DNA of 12,387 nucleotides from a virus (IMGVR_UViG_3300015182_000009); one strand, 5' to 3'; positions 1 to 8,500 are shown, counted from the stretch's first letter. Program-made: numbers and translations. Notes: a model not told the origin generated them from the letters alone.

Positions 1-55
1 GATACGGCGACCACCGAGATCTACACTCTTTCCCTACACGACGCTCTTCCGATCT
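1..55. other. Illumina TruSeq universal (P5) adapter sequence; sequencing/assembly artefact, not genomic
   Basis: Positions 1-55 read GATACGGCGACCACCGAGATCTACACTCTTTCCCTACACGACGCTCTTCCGATCT, which is the TruSeq universal adapter minus its first three bases (AAT). Genomic sequence starts at 56. Confidence 0.9.
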
Positions 56-84
56 ATGAAAATGCGTCTTAGGAAGGTTAAATA

Positions 85-475
85 ATGCACGAAAAGAACA
101 TCGCCCTGCTTTGTGATGAAGCCGACCGACTTTTGCAACTGAACATTAATCTGCTCCGGCAAATGGTTGAGGAGCCAGATGTGTTATCTGACAGTAAGAA
201 CGAAAACAGACTGCTTTTTGATAAACAGAAAGCACTGAAAAGAATTGAGGAGCTGGAGGGCGAACAAATCAAAACCGCCCGCAGGGAGATGGTGCTGGCT
301 GTTGTCGGCACGATGAAAGCAGGCAAATCAACCACCATCAACGCCATTGTGGGGCAGGAAATTCTGCCTAACCGTAACCGCCCCATGACCTCTGTACCGA
401 CGCTCATCCGCCACGTTCCCGGAAAAACTGAGCCGGTTCTCCATCTGGAACATATTCAGCCTGTCCGCAATTTAT
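85..475 (+). pseudogene. Dynamin-like GTPase (CrfC/YjdA-like), N-terminal ~130 codons, truncated by the IS66 insertion
   Basis: ATG at 85 preceded by AGGAAGG. Translation contains a P-loop GTMKAGKST followed by TINAIVGQEILPNRNRPMTSVPTLIRH, as I recall for E. coli CrfC/YjdA. The track ORF 85..519 continues into the IS terminal repeat from 476, so its last 14 codons are IS-derived. Confidence 0.6.
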
Positions 476-501
476 GTAAGCGTCAACGGAGCACCGTATT
501 G
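476..501. repeat. IS66 terminal inverted repeat (IRR in element orientation)
   Basis: GTAAGCGTCAACGGAGCACCGTATTG matches about 19 of 24 positions with the reverse complement of the other end. Confidence 0.6.
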
Positions 502-505
502 ACGC

Positions 506-2119
506 TTATTTATTGGTGAGTACTACGTTCCATGGCAGGAGTTCATCAACTCGGTTGGAAGGCCATTCCGGCAGTACGCTCAGGATATGGCGCAGATACG
601 CTTCCGGATCGATACCGTTCAGACGGCAGGTGCCGATCAGCCCGTACAACAGTGCTCCACGCTCGCCGCCGTGATCGCTGCCAAAGAACATAAAGTTTTT
701 CTTTCCGAGACAGACTGCACGAAGCGCTCTTTCCGCAGCATTATTATCCGCCTCCGCCAGACCGTCATCACTGTAATAACAGAGGGCATCCCACTGATTC
801 AGTACATAGCTGAACGCTTCGCCCAGTCTGGATTTTTTCGACAGCGTACCATTCTTCTCCACCATCCATTCATGCAGCGACGTCAGTAACACTTTGCTTC
901 GCTGCTGCCTGACGGCAAGACGCTCTGACTCCGGTAATCCCCGTATTTCATCCTCGATGGCGTACAGTTCACTGATTCGCTTCAGTGCTTCTTCTGCCGT
1001 CGCACTTTTGCTGCTGATGTATACATCGTGGATTTTTCGCCGGGCATGGGCCCAGCACGCAACTTCTGTCAGTGCACCACCTTCACGTTCTGCACTGAAC
1101 AACCTGTCGTAACCTGTGAACGCATCCGCCTGCAGGATACCCCGGAAGGGGCGGAGGTGTTGCTCCGGGTGTTTCCCCTGCCGGTTCGGCGAGTACGCGA
1201 ACCAGACCGCTGGAGGAGATGACGAACCCACATTGCGATCATCCCGGACATACGTCCAGATACGCCCTGTTTTCGCCTTTTTCTGACCCGGTGCCAGTAC
1301 CTTTACCGGTGTGTCATCAGTGTGAATCTTGCGGGTGTTCATTACATAACGGTACAGGGCATCATTCACCGGTGTCATTAACTGGCAGCACGCGTCAACC
1401 CAGTTGGAGAGTAAGGCCCGGCTCAGTTCGACACCCTGGCGGGCAAAGATTTCACTCTGACGATACAGTGGCAGATGTTCGCAGTATTTTCCCGTTAACA
1501 CGCGGGCAAGTAATCCGGGGCCCGCGATACCACGCTCTATCGGGCGGGACGGCGCCGGTGCTTCAACAATACAGTCACATTTTGTACAGGCTTTTTTTAC
1601 CCGTTCTGTGCGGATCACTTTCAGGGCACTGCTCACCAGTTCCAGCTGTTCAGCGCTGACTTCCCCCAGATAATCCAGCTTACCGCCACACTCCGGGCAA
1701 CAGCTTTCTTCTGGCTCCAGGCGGTGTATTTCACGGGGAAGGTGTGCCGGTAACGGACGACGATGGCGCGACTGTCGCAACTGGCGGGGAACCTGAGGAT
1801 CGTCTTCCCGCCCACTGTAACGATCGCTGTCCTGTTCACGTTGTTTCAGCAGAGCCTCAGCCAGTTCAACTTCACGACGCAGTTTTTCAGAACGGGTACC
1901 GAACAGCATCCGGCGCAGTTTTTCTATCTGAGCCCGCAGATGTTCTATTTCCCGTTCATCTTCTTCGATCTTTTCTTCGGCACGTGTCAGTGCAGAGCGC
2001 AGGAAGGCTTCCGTCTCTTCAACCAGACTCAGTTGCTGGTCTTTCTGACGGAGGGCTTCAGCCTGCTCAGAGAGCAACCTTTCCAGCTCTGCGATGCGAA
2101 TGAGGTATTTCTGACTCAT
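506..2119 (-). CDS. tnpC: IS66-family transposase TnpC (orf3)
   Basis: 537-aa ORF with a coiled/leucine-rich N-terminus and Cys motifs CPECGGK...CTKCDC, recognised as the large IS66 transposase. It lies 30 nt downstream of orf2. Confidence 0.88.
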   Translation of the reverse strand: MSQKYLIRIAELERLLSEQAEALRQKDQQLSLVEETEAFLRSALTRAEEKIEEDEREIEHLRAQIEKLRRMLFGTRSEKLRREVELAEALLKQREQDSDRYSGREDDPQVPRQLRQSRHRRPLPAHLPREIHRLEPEESCCPECGGKLDYLGEVSAEQLELVSSALKVIRTERVKKACTKCDCIVEAPAPSRPIERGIAGPGLLARVLTGKYCEHLPLYRQSEIFARQGVELSRALLSNWVDACCQLMTPVNDALYRYVMNTRKIHTDDTPVKVLAPGQKKAKTGRIWTYVRDDRNVGSSSPPAVWFAYSPNRQGKHPEQHLRPFRGILQADAFTGYDRLFSAEREGGALTEVACWAHARRKIHDVYISSKSATAEEALKRISELYAIEDEIRGLPESERLAVRQQRSKVLLTSLHEWMVEKNGTLSKKSRLGEAFSYVLNQWDALCYYSDDGLAEADNNAAERALRAVCLGKKNFMFFGSDHGGERGALLYGLIGTCRLNGIDPEAYLRHILSVLPEWPSNRVDELLPWNVVLTNK

Positions 2120-2149
2120 GACCGTTTTTATAATGCGGTCAGGAGTTTT

Positions 2150-2500
2150 TTACAACATTGTCAGTGAGTTACGGCTGGATGTTTTTGGCTGACGCCAGTC
2201 CAGCTTATCGAGGAGCATTGCCAGTTGCGAGCGGGTAATGGATACCTTGCCGTCACGTACCGCAGGCCAGATAAACTGGCCTTCCTCCAGGCGTTTGGTG
2301 AACAGGCACAGACCATCAGCATCAGCCCAAAGAATTTTGACGGTGTCACCCCGTCGGCCACGGAAGATAAACAGGTGACCGGAGAAGGGATTATCATTCA
2401 GCACATGTTGTACCTGTTCTCCCAGTCCGTTGAAGGATTTACGCATATCGGTAACGCCGGCAACGAGCCAGATACGGGTACCTGATGGGAGTGAGATCAT
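2150..2500 (-). CDS. tnpB: IS66-family accessory protein TnpB (orf2)
   Basis: 116-aa ORF (MISLPSGTRIWLVAGVTDMRKSFNGL...) typical of IS66 orf2. Its start overlaps the orf1 stop by 4 nt (2497-2500), consistent with translational coupling. Confidence 0.85.
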   Translation of the reverse strand: MISLPSGTRIWLVAGVTDMRKSFNGLGEQVQHVLNDNPFSGHLFIFRGRRGDTVKILWADADGLCLFTKRLEEGQFIWPAVRDGKVSITRSQLAMLLDKLDWRQPKTSSRNSLTML

Positions 2501-2922
2501 CTTCCCCTCCCGGTCAGTTCACGGATCAACACTGTGAGCAGCTCTGGCGATGGATTTTCCAGCGTCATGTTACCGTGACGGAATTCCACCTTGCAGGAAC
2601 TGGCACTGACTCTGGTCTGAGTGGAAGTGGATAAAGACGGCGCAATGGCCGCCACAGGTTCTTTCTGCTCATCCGGCGTTATTTCTACAGGTAATAATTC
2701 AACGCCAGTGTCAGAAGAGGTCGTTACCGGAAGACGCCGCGAAACACGCCCTTCGTTCTGCCAGAGCCTGAGCCATTTGAAAATAACATTATCATTGACG
2801 CCATTTTCACGTGCAATCTGTGCAACACAAGCTCCAGGTTGTGATGCCAGTTCCACCATACGAAGTTTGAATTCATTCGAATAGTTTTTACGAGGTTCTT
2901 TTCGCCAGTCCTGTAATTCCAT
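2497..2922 (-). CDS. tnpA: IS66-family accessory protein TnpA (orf1), helix-turn-helix
   Basis: 141-aa ORF; the segment ELASQPGACVAQIARENGVNDNVIFKWLR looks like an HTH. It is the first gene inward from the element's left repeat. Confidence 0.8.
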   Translation of the reverse strand: MELQDWRKEPRKNYSNEFKLRMVELASQPGACVAQIARENGVNDNVIFKWLRLWQNEGRVSRRLPVTTSSDTGVELLPVEITPDEQKEPVAAIAPSLSTSTQTRVSASSCKVEFRHGNMTLENPSPELLTVLIRELTGRGR

Positions 2923-2935
2923 ACTTAGATGTCCG

Positions 2936-2965
2936 TCTATATCAGATGGGCGTCTAAGTTACCAA
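2936..2965 (-). promoter_or_regulatory. Possible sigma70-like promoter for the IS66 orf1-3 operon
   Basis: On the minus strand, TTGGTA, an 18-nt spacer, then TATAGA, located between the left repeat and the orf1 start. Sequence resemblance only. Confidence 0.2.
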
Positions 2966-2981
2966 TTCTCGTCTGATGGCT

Positions 2982-3007
2982 ACATACGGCGGTCAGTTTA
3001 CGCTTAC
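2982..3007. repeat. IS66 terminal inverted repeat (IRL in element orientation)
   Basis: ...CGGCGGTCAGTTTACGCTTAC; its reverse complement GTAAGCGTAAACTGACCGCCG pairs with 476-501. Confidence 0.6.
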
Positions 3008-3009
3008 GG

Positions 3010-3204
3010 GTCAGGGCCATTGGAGATGTGAATGGTGGCGGTGGATTTGTTTATTCTCCCGTGTATCACATCAGCATTCAGAATCAAGGGAGCAATGGCG
3101 AGATAGATGCGCGCTCAGCCAGGGGACTGGTGGATCTGATCGACAGCAGGGTTGTGTCAATTATGCAGTCATCGCGTCGGGATGGAGGATTGTACAGTGC
3201 CTGA
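3010..3204 (+). pseudogene. H: Tail tape-measure protein (lambda H-like), C-terminal 64 codons only; 5' part removed at the IS66 junction
   Basis: Frame 1 is open from the IS boundary: VRAIGDVNGGGGFVYSPVYHISIQNQGSNGEIDARSARGLVDLIDSRVVSIMQSSRRDGGLYSA*. The stop at 3202-3204 sits 5 nt after the M start, as at the lambda H/M junction. There is no start codon or upstream sequence. Confidence 0.55.
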
Positions 3205-3538
3205 GCCTGAAGTTTTTAACTGGATCCCCCGTGAGGGGATGGAGACGACACGAAAGCCATCAGTTATTACGGTAAAGTTTGGTGACGGATATGAACAGCG
3301 ACGGGCTGGTGGTCTGAATGCGGATCTGAAAACGTTTAAACCGGTATTTCGTGTCACAGATGAATATTCCCGTGCCGCGCTGGACAGTTTTTTATCCCGT
3401 CATGCCGGGATTCGTGCTTTTTTGTGGCGTCCGCCAAAACACAACAGGACTGTCCGGGTTGTCTGCAGGGAGTGGAGCATTTCGGATAATGCCATGTATA
3501 CCGATTTTAACTGTACCTTTGAAGAGGTCACTCACTGA
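3197..3538 (+). CDS. M: Minor tail protein M (lambda gpM-like)
   Basis: Translation ...FNWIPREGMETTRKPSVITVKFGDGYEQRRAGGLNADLKTF... aligns with lambda gpM (FRWKVKPGMDV...VRFGDGYSQRAPAGLNANLKTY). I chose the GTG at 3197 because GGAGGA sits 7 nt upstream and it gives 113 aa against lambda's 109. In-frame ATGs at 3182 and 3152 (the track start) are alternatives. The stop overlaps the L start (TGATG). Confidence 0.8.
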   Translation: MPEPEVFNWIPREGMETTRKPSVITVKFGDGYEQRRAGGLNADLKTFKPVFRVTDEYSRAALDSFLSRHAGIRAFLWRPPKHNRTVRVVCREWSISDNAMYTDFNCTFEEVTH

Positions 3539-4236
3539 TGCAGGATATACAGCAGGAAACACTCAATGAGTGCACTAAAACGGAGCAATCCGCGCTGGTC
3601 GTGCTCTGGGAAATTGATCTGACAGAGGTCGGCGGAGATCGTTATTTCTTCTGTAATGAGCAGAACGAAAAAGGTGAACCAGTCACCTGGCAGGGGCGGC
3701 AGTATCAGGCTTATCCCATTCAGGGAAGCGGATTTGAGATGAACGGCAAAGGAGCCAGTGCAAGGCCAACGCTTAAAGTCTCTAATCTGTACGGCATGGT
3801 CACCGGGATGGCGGAAGATATGCAGAGTCTGGTCGGCGGAACGGTGGTCCGGCGTAAGGTTTACGCCCGTTTTCTGGATGCGGTGAACTTCGTCAACGGA
3901 AACAGTTACGCCGATCCGGAGCAGGAGGTGATCAGCCGCTGGCGCATTGAGCAGTGCAGCGAACTGAGCGCGGTGAGTGCCTCCTTTGTACTGTCCACGC
4001 CGACGGAAACGGATGGCGCTGTTTTTCCGGGACGTATCATGCTGGCCAACACCTGCACCTGGACCTATCGCGGTGACGAGTGCGGTTATAGCGGTCCGGC
4101 TGTCGCGGATGAATATGACCAGCCAACGTCCGATATCACGAAGGATAAATGCAGCAAATGCCTGAGCGGTTGTAAGTTCCGCAATAACGTCGGCAACTTT
4201 GGCGGCTTCCTTTCCATTAACAAACTTTCGCAGTAA
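3538..4236 (+). CDS. L: Minor tail protein L (lambda gpL-like)
   Basis: 232 aa, the same length as lambda gpL, with a Cys-rich C-terminus (CSKCLSGCKF). It sits immediately after M with an overlapping start. Confidence 0.9.
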   Translation: MQDIQQETLNECTKTEQSALVVLWEIDLTEVGGDRYFFCNEQNEKGEPVTWQGRQYQAYPIQGSGFEMNGKGASARPTLKVSNLYGMVTGMAEDMQSLVGGTVVRRKVYARFLDAVNFVNGNSYADPEQEVISRWRIEQCSELSAVSASFVLSTPTETDGAVFPGRIMLANTCTWTYRGDECGYSGPAVADEYDQPTSDITKDKCSKCLSGCKFRNNVGNFGGFLSINKLSQ

Positions 4237-4241
4237 ATCCC

Positions 4242-4985
4242 ATGACACAGACAGAATCAGCGATTCTGGCGCACGCCCGGCGATGTGCGCCAGCGGAGTC
4301 GTGCGGCTTCGTGGTAAGCACGCCGGAGGGGGAAAGATATTTTCCCTGCGTGAATATCTCCGGTGAGCCGGAGGCGTATTTCCGTATGTCGCCGGAAGAC
4401 TGGCTGCAGGCAGAAATGCAGGGTGAGATTGTGGCGCTGGTCCACAGCCACCCCGGTGGTCTGCCCTGGCTGAGTGAGGCCGACCGGCGGCTGCAGGTGC
4501 AGAGTGATTTGCCGTGGTGGCTGGTCTGCCGGGGGGCGATTCACAAGTTCCGCTGTGTGCCGCATCTTACCGGGCGGCGCTTTGAGCACGGGGTGACGGA
4601 CTGTTACACGCTGCTCCGGGATGCTTACCATCTGGCGGGAATTGAGATGCCTGATTTTCATCGTGAGGATGACTGGTGGCGTAACGGCCAGAATCTCTAT
4701 CTGGATAATCTGGAGGCGACGGGGCTGTATCAGGTGCCGTTGTCAGCGGCACAGCCGGGCGATGTGCTGCTGTGCTGTTTTGGTTCATCGGTGCCGAATC
4801 ACGCCGCAATTTACTGCGGCGACGGCGAGCTGCTGCACCATATTCCTGAACAACTGAGCAAACGAGAGAGGTACACCGACAAATGGCAGCGACGCACACA
4901 CTCCCTCTGGCGTCACCGGGCATGGCACGTATCTGCCTTTACGGGGATTTGCAACGATTTGGCCGCCGCATCGACCTTCGTGTGA
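4242..4985 (+). CDS. K: Tail tip assembly protein K (lambda gpK-like), MPN/JAMM plus NlpC/P60-like domains
   Basis: JAMM-type motif HSHPGGLPWLSEADR and a C-terminal Cys/His region (DCYTLL...HAAIY). The long ORF starts 5 nt after the L stop. The classical 199-aa lambda K corresponds to the internal ATG at 4386 (MSPEDWLQ...). The 3' end overlaps gene I by 103 nt. Confidence 0.85.
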   Translation: MTQTESAILAHARRCAPAESCGFVVSTPEGERYFPCVNISGEPEAYFRMSPEDWLQAEMQGEIVALVHSHPGGLPWLSEADRRLQVQSDLPWWLVCRGAIHKFRCVPHLTGRRFEHGVTDCYTLLRDAYHLAGIEMPDFHREDDWWRNGQNLYLDNLEATGLYQVPLSAAQPGDVLLCCFGSSVPNHAAIYCGDGELLHHIPEQLSKRERYTDKWQRRTHSLWRHRAWHVSAFTGICNDLAAASTFV

Positions 4986-5530
4986 AAACGGGGGCCGAAG
5001 CCATCCGGGCGCTGGCCATGCAGATCCCGGCGTTTCGTCAGAAACTGAGCGATGGCTGGTATCAGGTGCGCATTGCCGGGCGTGATGCAGGCGAAAACGA
5101 ATTATCAGCCCGTCTTAATGAGCCGCTGAAAAATGGTGCCGTGATCCACATCGTTCCGCGTCTTGCGGGAGCAAAAAGTGGCGGTGTGTTTCAGGCGGTG
5201 CTGGGTGCGGCGCTGATTGCAGTGGCGTGGTGGAACCCTGTGGGCTGGCTGGGAGCTGCGGCTGTATCGGGCATGTATGCTGCGGGGGCCAGTATGATCC
5301 TTGGCGGTGTGGCGCAGATGCTGGCACCGAAAGCCAGAACTCCCCGTACACAGACAACGGATAACGGTAAGCAGAACACCTATTTCTCCTCACTGGATAA
5401 CATGGTTGCCCAGGGCAATGTTCTGCCCGTTCTGTACGGTGAAATGCGCGTGGGGTCGCGGGTGGCTTCTCAGGAGATCAGCACGGCAGACGAAGGGGAC
5501 GGTGGTCAGGTTGTGGTGATTGGTCGCTGA
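4883..5530 (+). CDS. I: Tail tip assembly protein I (lambda gpI-like)
   Basis: Begins MAATHTLPLASPGMARICLYGDLQRFGRRIDLRVKTGAEAIRALA and ends ...QEISTADEGDGGQVVVIGR, as I recall for lambda gpI. 215 aa, with the start overlapping K in a different frame. Confidence 0.9.
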   Translation: MAATHTLPLASPGMARICLYGDLQRFGRRIDLRVKTGAEAIRALAMQIPAFRQKLSDGWYQVRIAGRDAGENELSARLNEPLKNGAVIHIVPRLAGAKSGGVFQAVLGAALIAVAWWNPVGWLGAAAVSGMYAAGASMILGGVAQMLAPKARTPRTQTTDNGKQNTYFSSLDNMVAQGNVLPVLYGEMRVGSRVASQEISTADEGDGGQVVVIGR

Positions 5531-5548
5531 TGCAAAACGTTTTATGTG

Positions 5549-5575
5549 AAACCGCCTCAGGGCGGTTTTGTCGTT
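5549..5575 (+). terminator. Stem-loop plus U-run between I and J (possible attenuator or RNA processing site)
   Basis: AAACCGCC-TCAG-GGCGGTTT then TGTCGTTT. The J ribosome-binding site GAGGA follows at 5586-5590. Confidence 0.35.
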
Positions 5576-5590
5576 TCTGGAGCGTGAGGA

Positions 5591-8500
5591 ATGGGTAAAG
5601 GCAGCAGTAAGGGGCATACCCCGCGCGAAGCGAAGGACAACCTGAAATCATCCCAGATGCTGAGCGTGATAGACGCCATCAGTGAAGGGCCGGTTGAAGG
5701 TCCGGTGGATGGATTAAAAAGCGTGCTGCTGAACAGTACGCCGGTGCTGGACACTGAGGGGAATACCAACATCTCCGGTGTCACGGTGGTGTTCCGTGCC
5801 GGTGAGCAGGAGCAGACACCGCCGGAGGGGTTTGAATCCTCCGGCTCCGAGACGGTGCTGGGTACGGAAGTGAAATATGACACGCCGATCACCCGCACCA
5901 TCACGTCTGCAAACATCGACCGTCTGCGCTTTACCTTCGGTGTGCAGGCACTGGTGGAAACCACCTCAAAGGGGGACCGGAATCCGTCGGAAGTTCGCCT
6001 GCTGGTTCAGATACAGCGTAATGGTGGCTGGGTGACGGAAAAAGACATCACCATTAAGGGCAAAACCACCTCGCAGTATCTGGCCTCGGTGGTGGTGGAT
6101 AACCTGCCGCCGCGCCCGTTTAATATCCGGATGCGCAGGATGACGCCGGACAGCACCACAGACCAGCTGCAGAACAAAACGCTCTGGTCGTCATACACCG
6201 AAATCATCGATGTGAAACAGTGCTACCCGAACACGGCACTGGTCGGCGTACAGGTGGATTCGGAGCAGTTCGGCAGCCAGCAGGTGAGCCGTAATTATCA
6301 TCTGCGCGGGCGCATTCTGCAGGTGCCGTCGAACTATAACCCGCAGACGCGGCAATACAGCGGTATCTGGGACGGAACGTTTAAACCGGCATACAGCAAC
6401 AACATGGCCTGGTGTCTGTGGGATATGCTGACCCATCCGCGCTACGGCATGGGGAAACGTCTTGGTGCGGCGGATGTGGATAAATGGGCGCTGTATGTCA
6501 TCGGCCAGTACTGCGACCAGTCGGTGCCGGACGGCTTTGGCGGCACGGAGCCGCGCATCACCTGTAATGCGTACCTGACCACACAGCGCAAGGCGTGGGA
6601 TGTGCTCAGTGATTTCTGCTCGGCGATGCGCTGTATGCCGGTATGGAACGGGCAGACGCTGACGTTCGTGCAGGACCGACCATCAGATAAGGTGTGGACC
6701 TATAACCGCAGTAATGTGGTGATGCCGGATGATGGCGCGCCGTTCCGCTACAGCTTCAGCGCCCTGAAAGACCGCCATAATGCCGTTGAGGTGAACTGGA
6801 TTGACCCGGACAACGGCTGGGAGACGGCGACAGAGCTTGTTGAAGATACGCAGGCCATTGCCCGTTACGGTCGTAACGTCACGAAGATGGATGCCTTTGG
6901 CTGTACCAGCCGGGGGCAGGCGCACCGCGCCGGGCTGTGGCTGATTAAAACGGAACTGCTGGAAACGCAGACCGTGGACTTCAGCGTGGGTGCGGAAGGG
7001 CTTCGCCATGTACCGGGGGATGTCATTGAAATCTGCGATGATGACTATGCGGGTATCAGCACCGGCGGGCGCGTGCTGGCGGTGAACAGCCAGACCCGGA
7101 CGCTGACGCTCGACCGTGAAATCACGCTGCCATCCTCCGGTACCACGCTGATAAGCCTGGTTGACGGTCAGGGTAATCCGGTCAGCGTGGAGGTCCAGTC
7201 CGTCACCGACGGCGTGAAGGTGAAAGTGAGCCGGGTTCCTGATGGTGTTGCAGAATACAGCGTGTGGGGGCTGAAGTTGCCGACGCTGCGCCAGCGCCTG
7301 TTCCGCTGTGTGAGTATCCGTGAGAACGATGACGGCACGTATGCCATCACCGCCGTGCAGCATGTACCGGAAAAAGAAGCCATCGTGGATAACGGGGCGC
7401 ACTTTGACGGCGACCAGAGCGGCACGGTGAATGGTGTCACGCCGCCAGCGGTGCAGCACCTGACTGCCGAAGTCACCGCAGACAGCGGGGAATATCAGGT
7501 GCTGGCGCGCTGGGACACGCCGAAGGTGGTGAAGGGCGTGAGCTTCCTGCTCCGTCTGACCGTAACAGCGGATGACGGCAGTGAGTGGCTGGTCAGCACG
7601 GCCCGGACGACGGAAACCACTTACCGCTTCACACAACTGGCGCTGGGGAACTACAGGCTGACAGTCCGGGCAGTAAATGCGTGGGGGCAGCAGGGCGATC
7701 CGGCGTCGGTATCGTTCCGGATTGCCGCACCGGCAGCGCCGTCGCGGATTGAGCTGACGCCGGGCTATTTTCAGATAACCGCCACGCCGCATCTTGCGGT
7801 TTATGATCCGACGGTACAGTTTGAGTTCTGGTTCTCGGAAAAGCGGATTACCGATATCAGGCAGGTTGAAACCACAGCACGCTATCTTGGCACGGCGCTG
7901 TACTGGATAGCCGCCAGTATCAATATCAAACCGGGCCATGATTATTACTTTTATATCCGCAGTGTGAACACCGTTGGCAAATCGGCATTCGTGGAGGCTG
8001 TTGGTCAGCCGAGTGATGATGCATCCGGTTATCTGGATTTTTTCAAAGGCGAGATAGGGAAAACCCATCTGGCTCAGGAGCTGTGGACGCAGATTGATAA
8101 CGGTCAGCTTGCGCCTGACCTGGCTGAAATCAGGACGTCCATTACGGATGTCAGCAATGAAATCACGCAGACCGTCAATAAGAAACTGGAAGACCAGAGT
8201 GCGGCAATTCAGCAGATACAGAAGGTTCAGGTTGATACAAATAATAACCTGAACAGCATGTGGGCTGTGAAGCTGCAGCAGATGCAGGACGGACGCCTTT
8301 ATATCGCGGGTATTGGTGCCGGTATTGAGAACACCCCTGACGGCATGCAGAGTCAGGTGCTGCTGGCGGCAGACAGGATTGCGATGATTAATCCTGCGAA
8401 TGGCAACACAAAGCCGATGTTTGTTGGGCAGGGCGATCAGATATTCATGAACGAAGTGTTCCTGAAACGCCTGACGGCTCCCACCATTACCAGCGGCGGT

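Larger units (their letters stand above)
476..3007 (-). mobile_element. IS66-family insertion sequence (ISEc8/ISEc23-like), 2532 bp, three-ORF organisation
   Basis: Ends begin GTAAGCG (476 GTAAGCGTCAACGG...; reverse complement of the 3007 end GTAAGCGTAAACTG...), giving imperfect ~25 bp inverted repeats. Between them lie three minus-strand ORFs of the sizes and order typical of IS66 (orf1 ~141 aa, orf2 ~116 aa, orf3 ~537 aa). Confidence 0.85.

Noticed and set aside
85-519. 144-aa ORF as a complete gene
   Set aside because: Its last 14 codons (476-519) are read from the IS66 terminal repeat, so the ORF is a fusion created by the insertion. The native gene is truncated at 475.
1219-2167. Plus-strand ORFs inside the IS (1219..1659, 1744..2103, 1763..2167)
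   Set aside because: They are antisense to the IS66 large transposase gene, have no recognisable motifs, and overlap one another in different frames.
2976-3275. 99-aa plus-strand ORF spanning the IS end and the H/M junction
   Set aside because: It starts inside the IS terminal repeat and runs in a frame that matches neither the tape-measure C-terminus (frame 1) nor M. Its Trp/Arg/Cys-rich translation is not protein-like.
3532-4248. 238-aa minus-strand ORF
   Set aside because: It is antisense to gene L (232 aa, lambda-like) with almost exactly the same span, so it is a mirror ORF rather than a gene.
6683-8068. 461-aa minus-strand ORF
   Set aside because: It lies entirely antisense to J, whose lambda-like homology on the plus strand is clear. 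The protein is Arg/His/Pro-rich with no recognisable domain, as expected for a composition artefact in a GC-rich gene.
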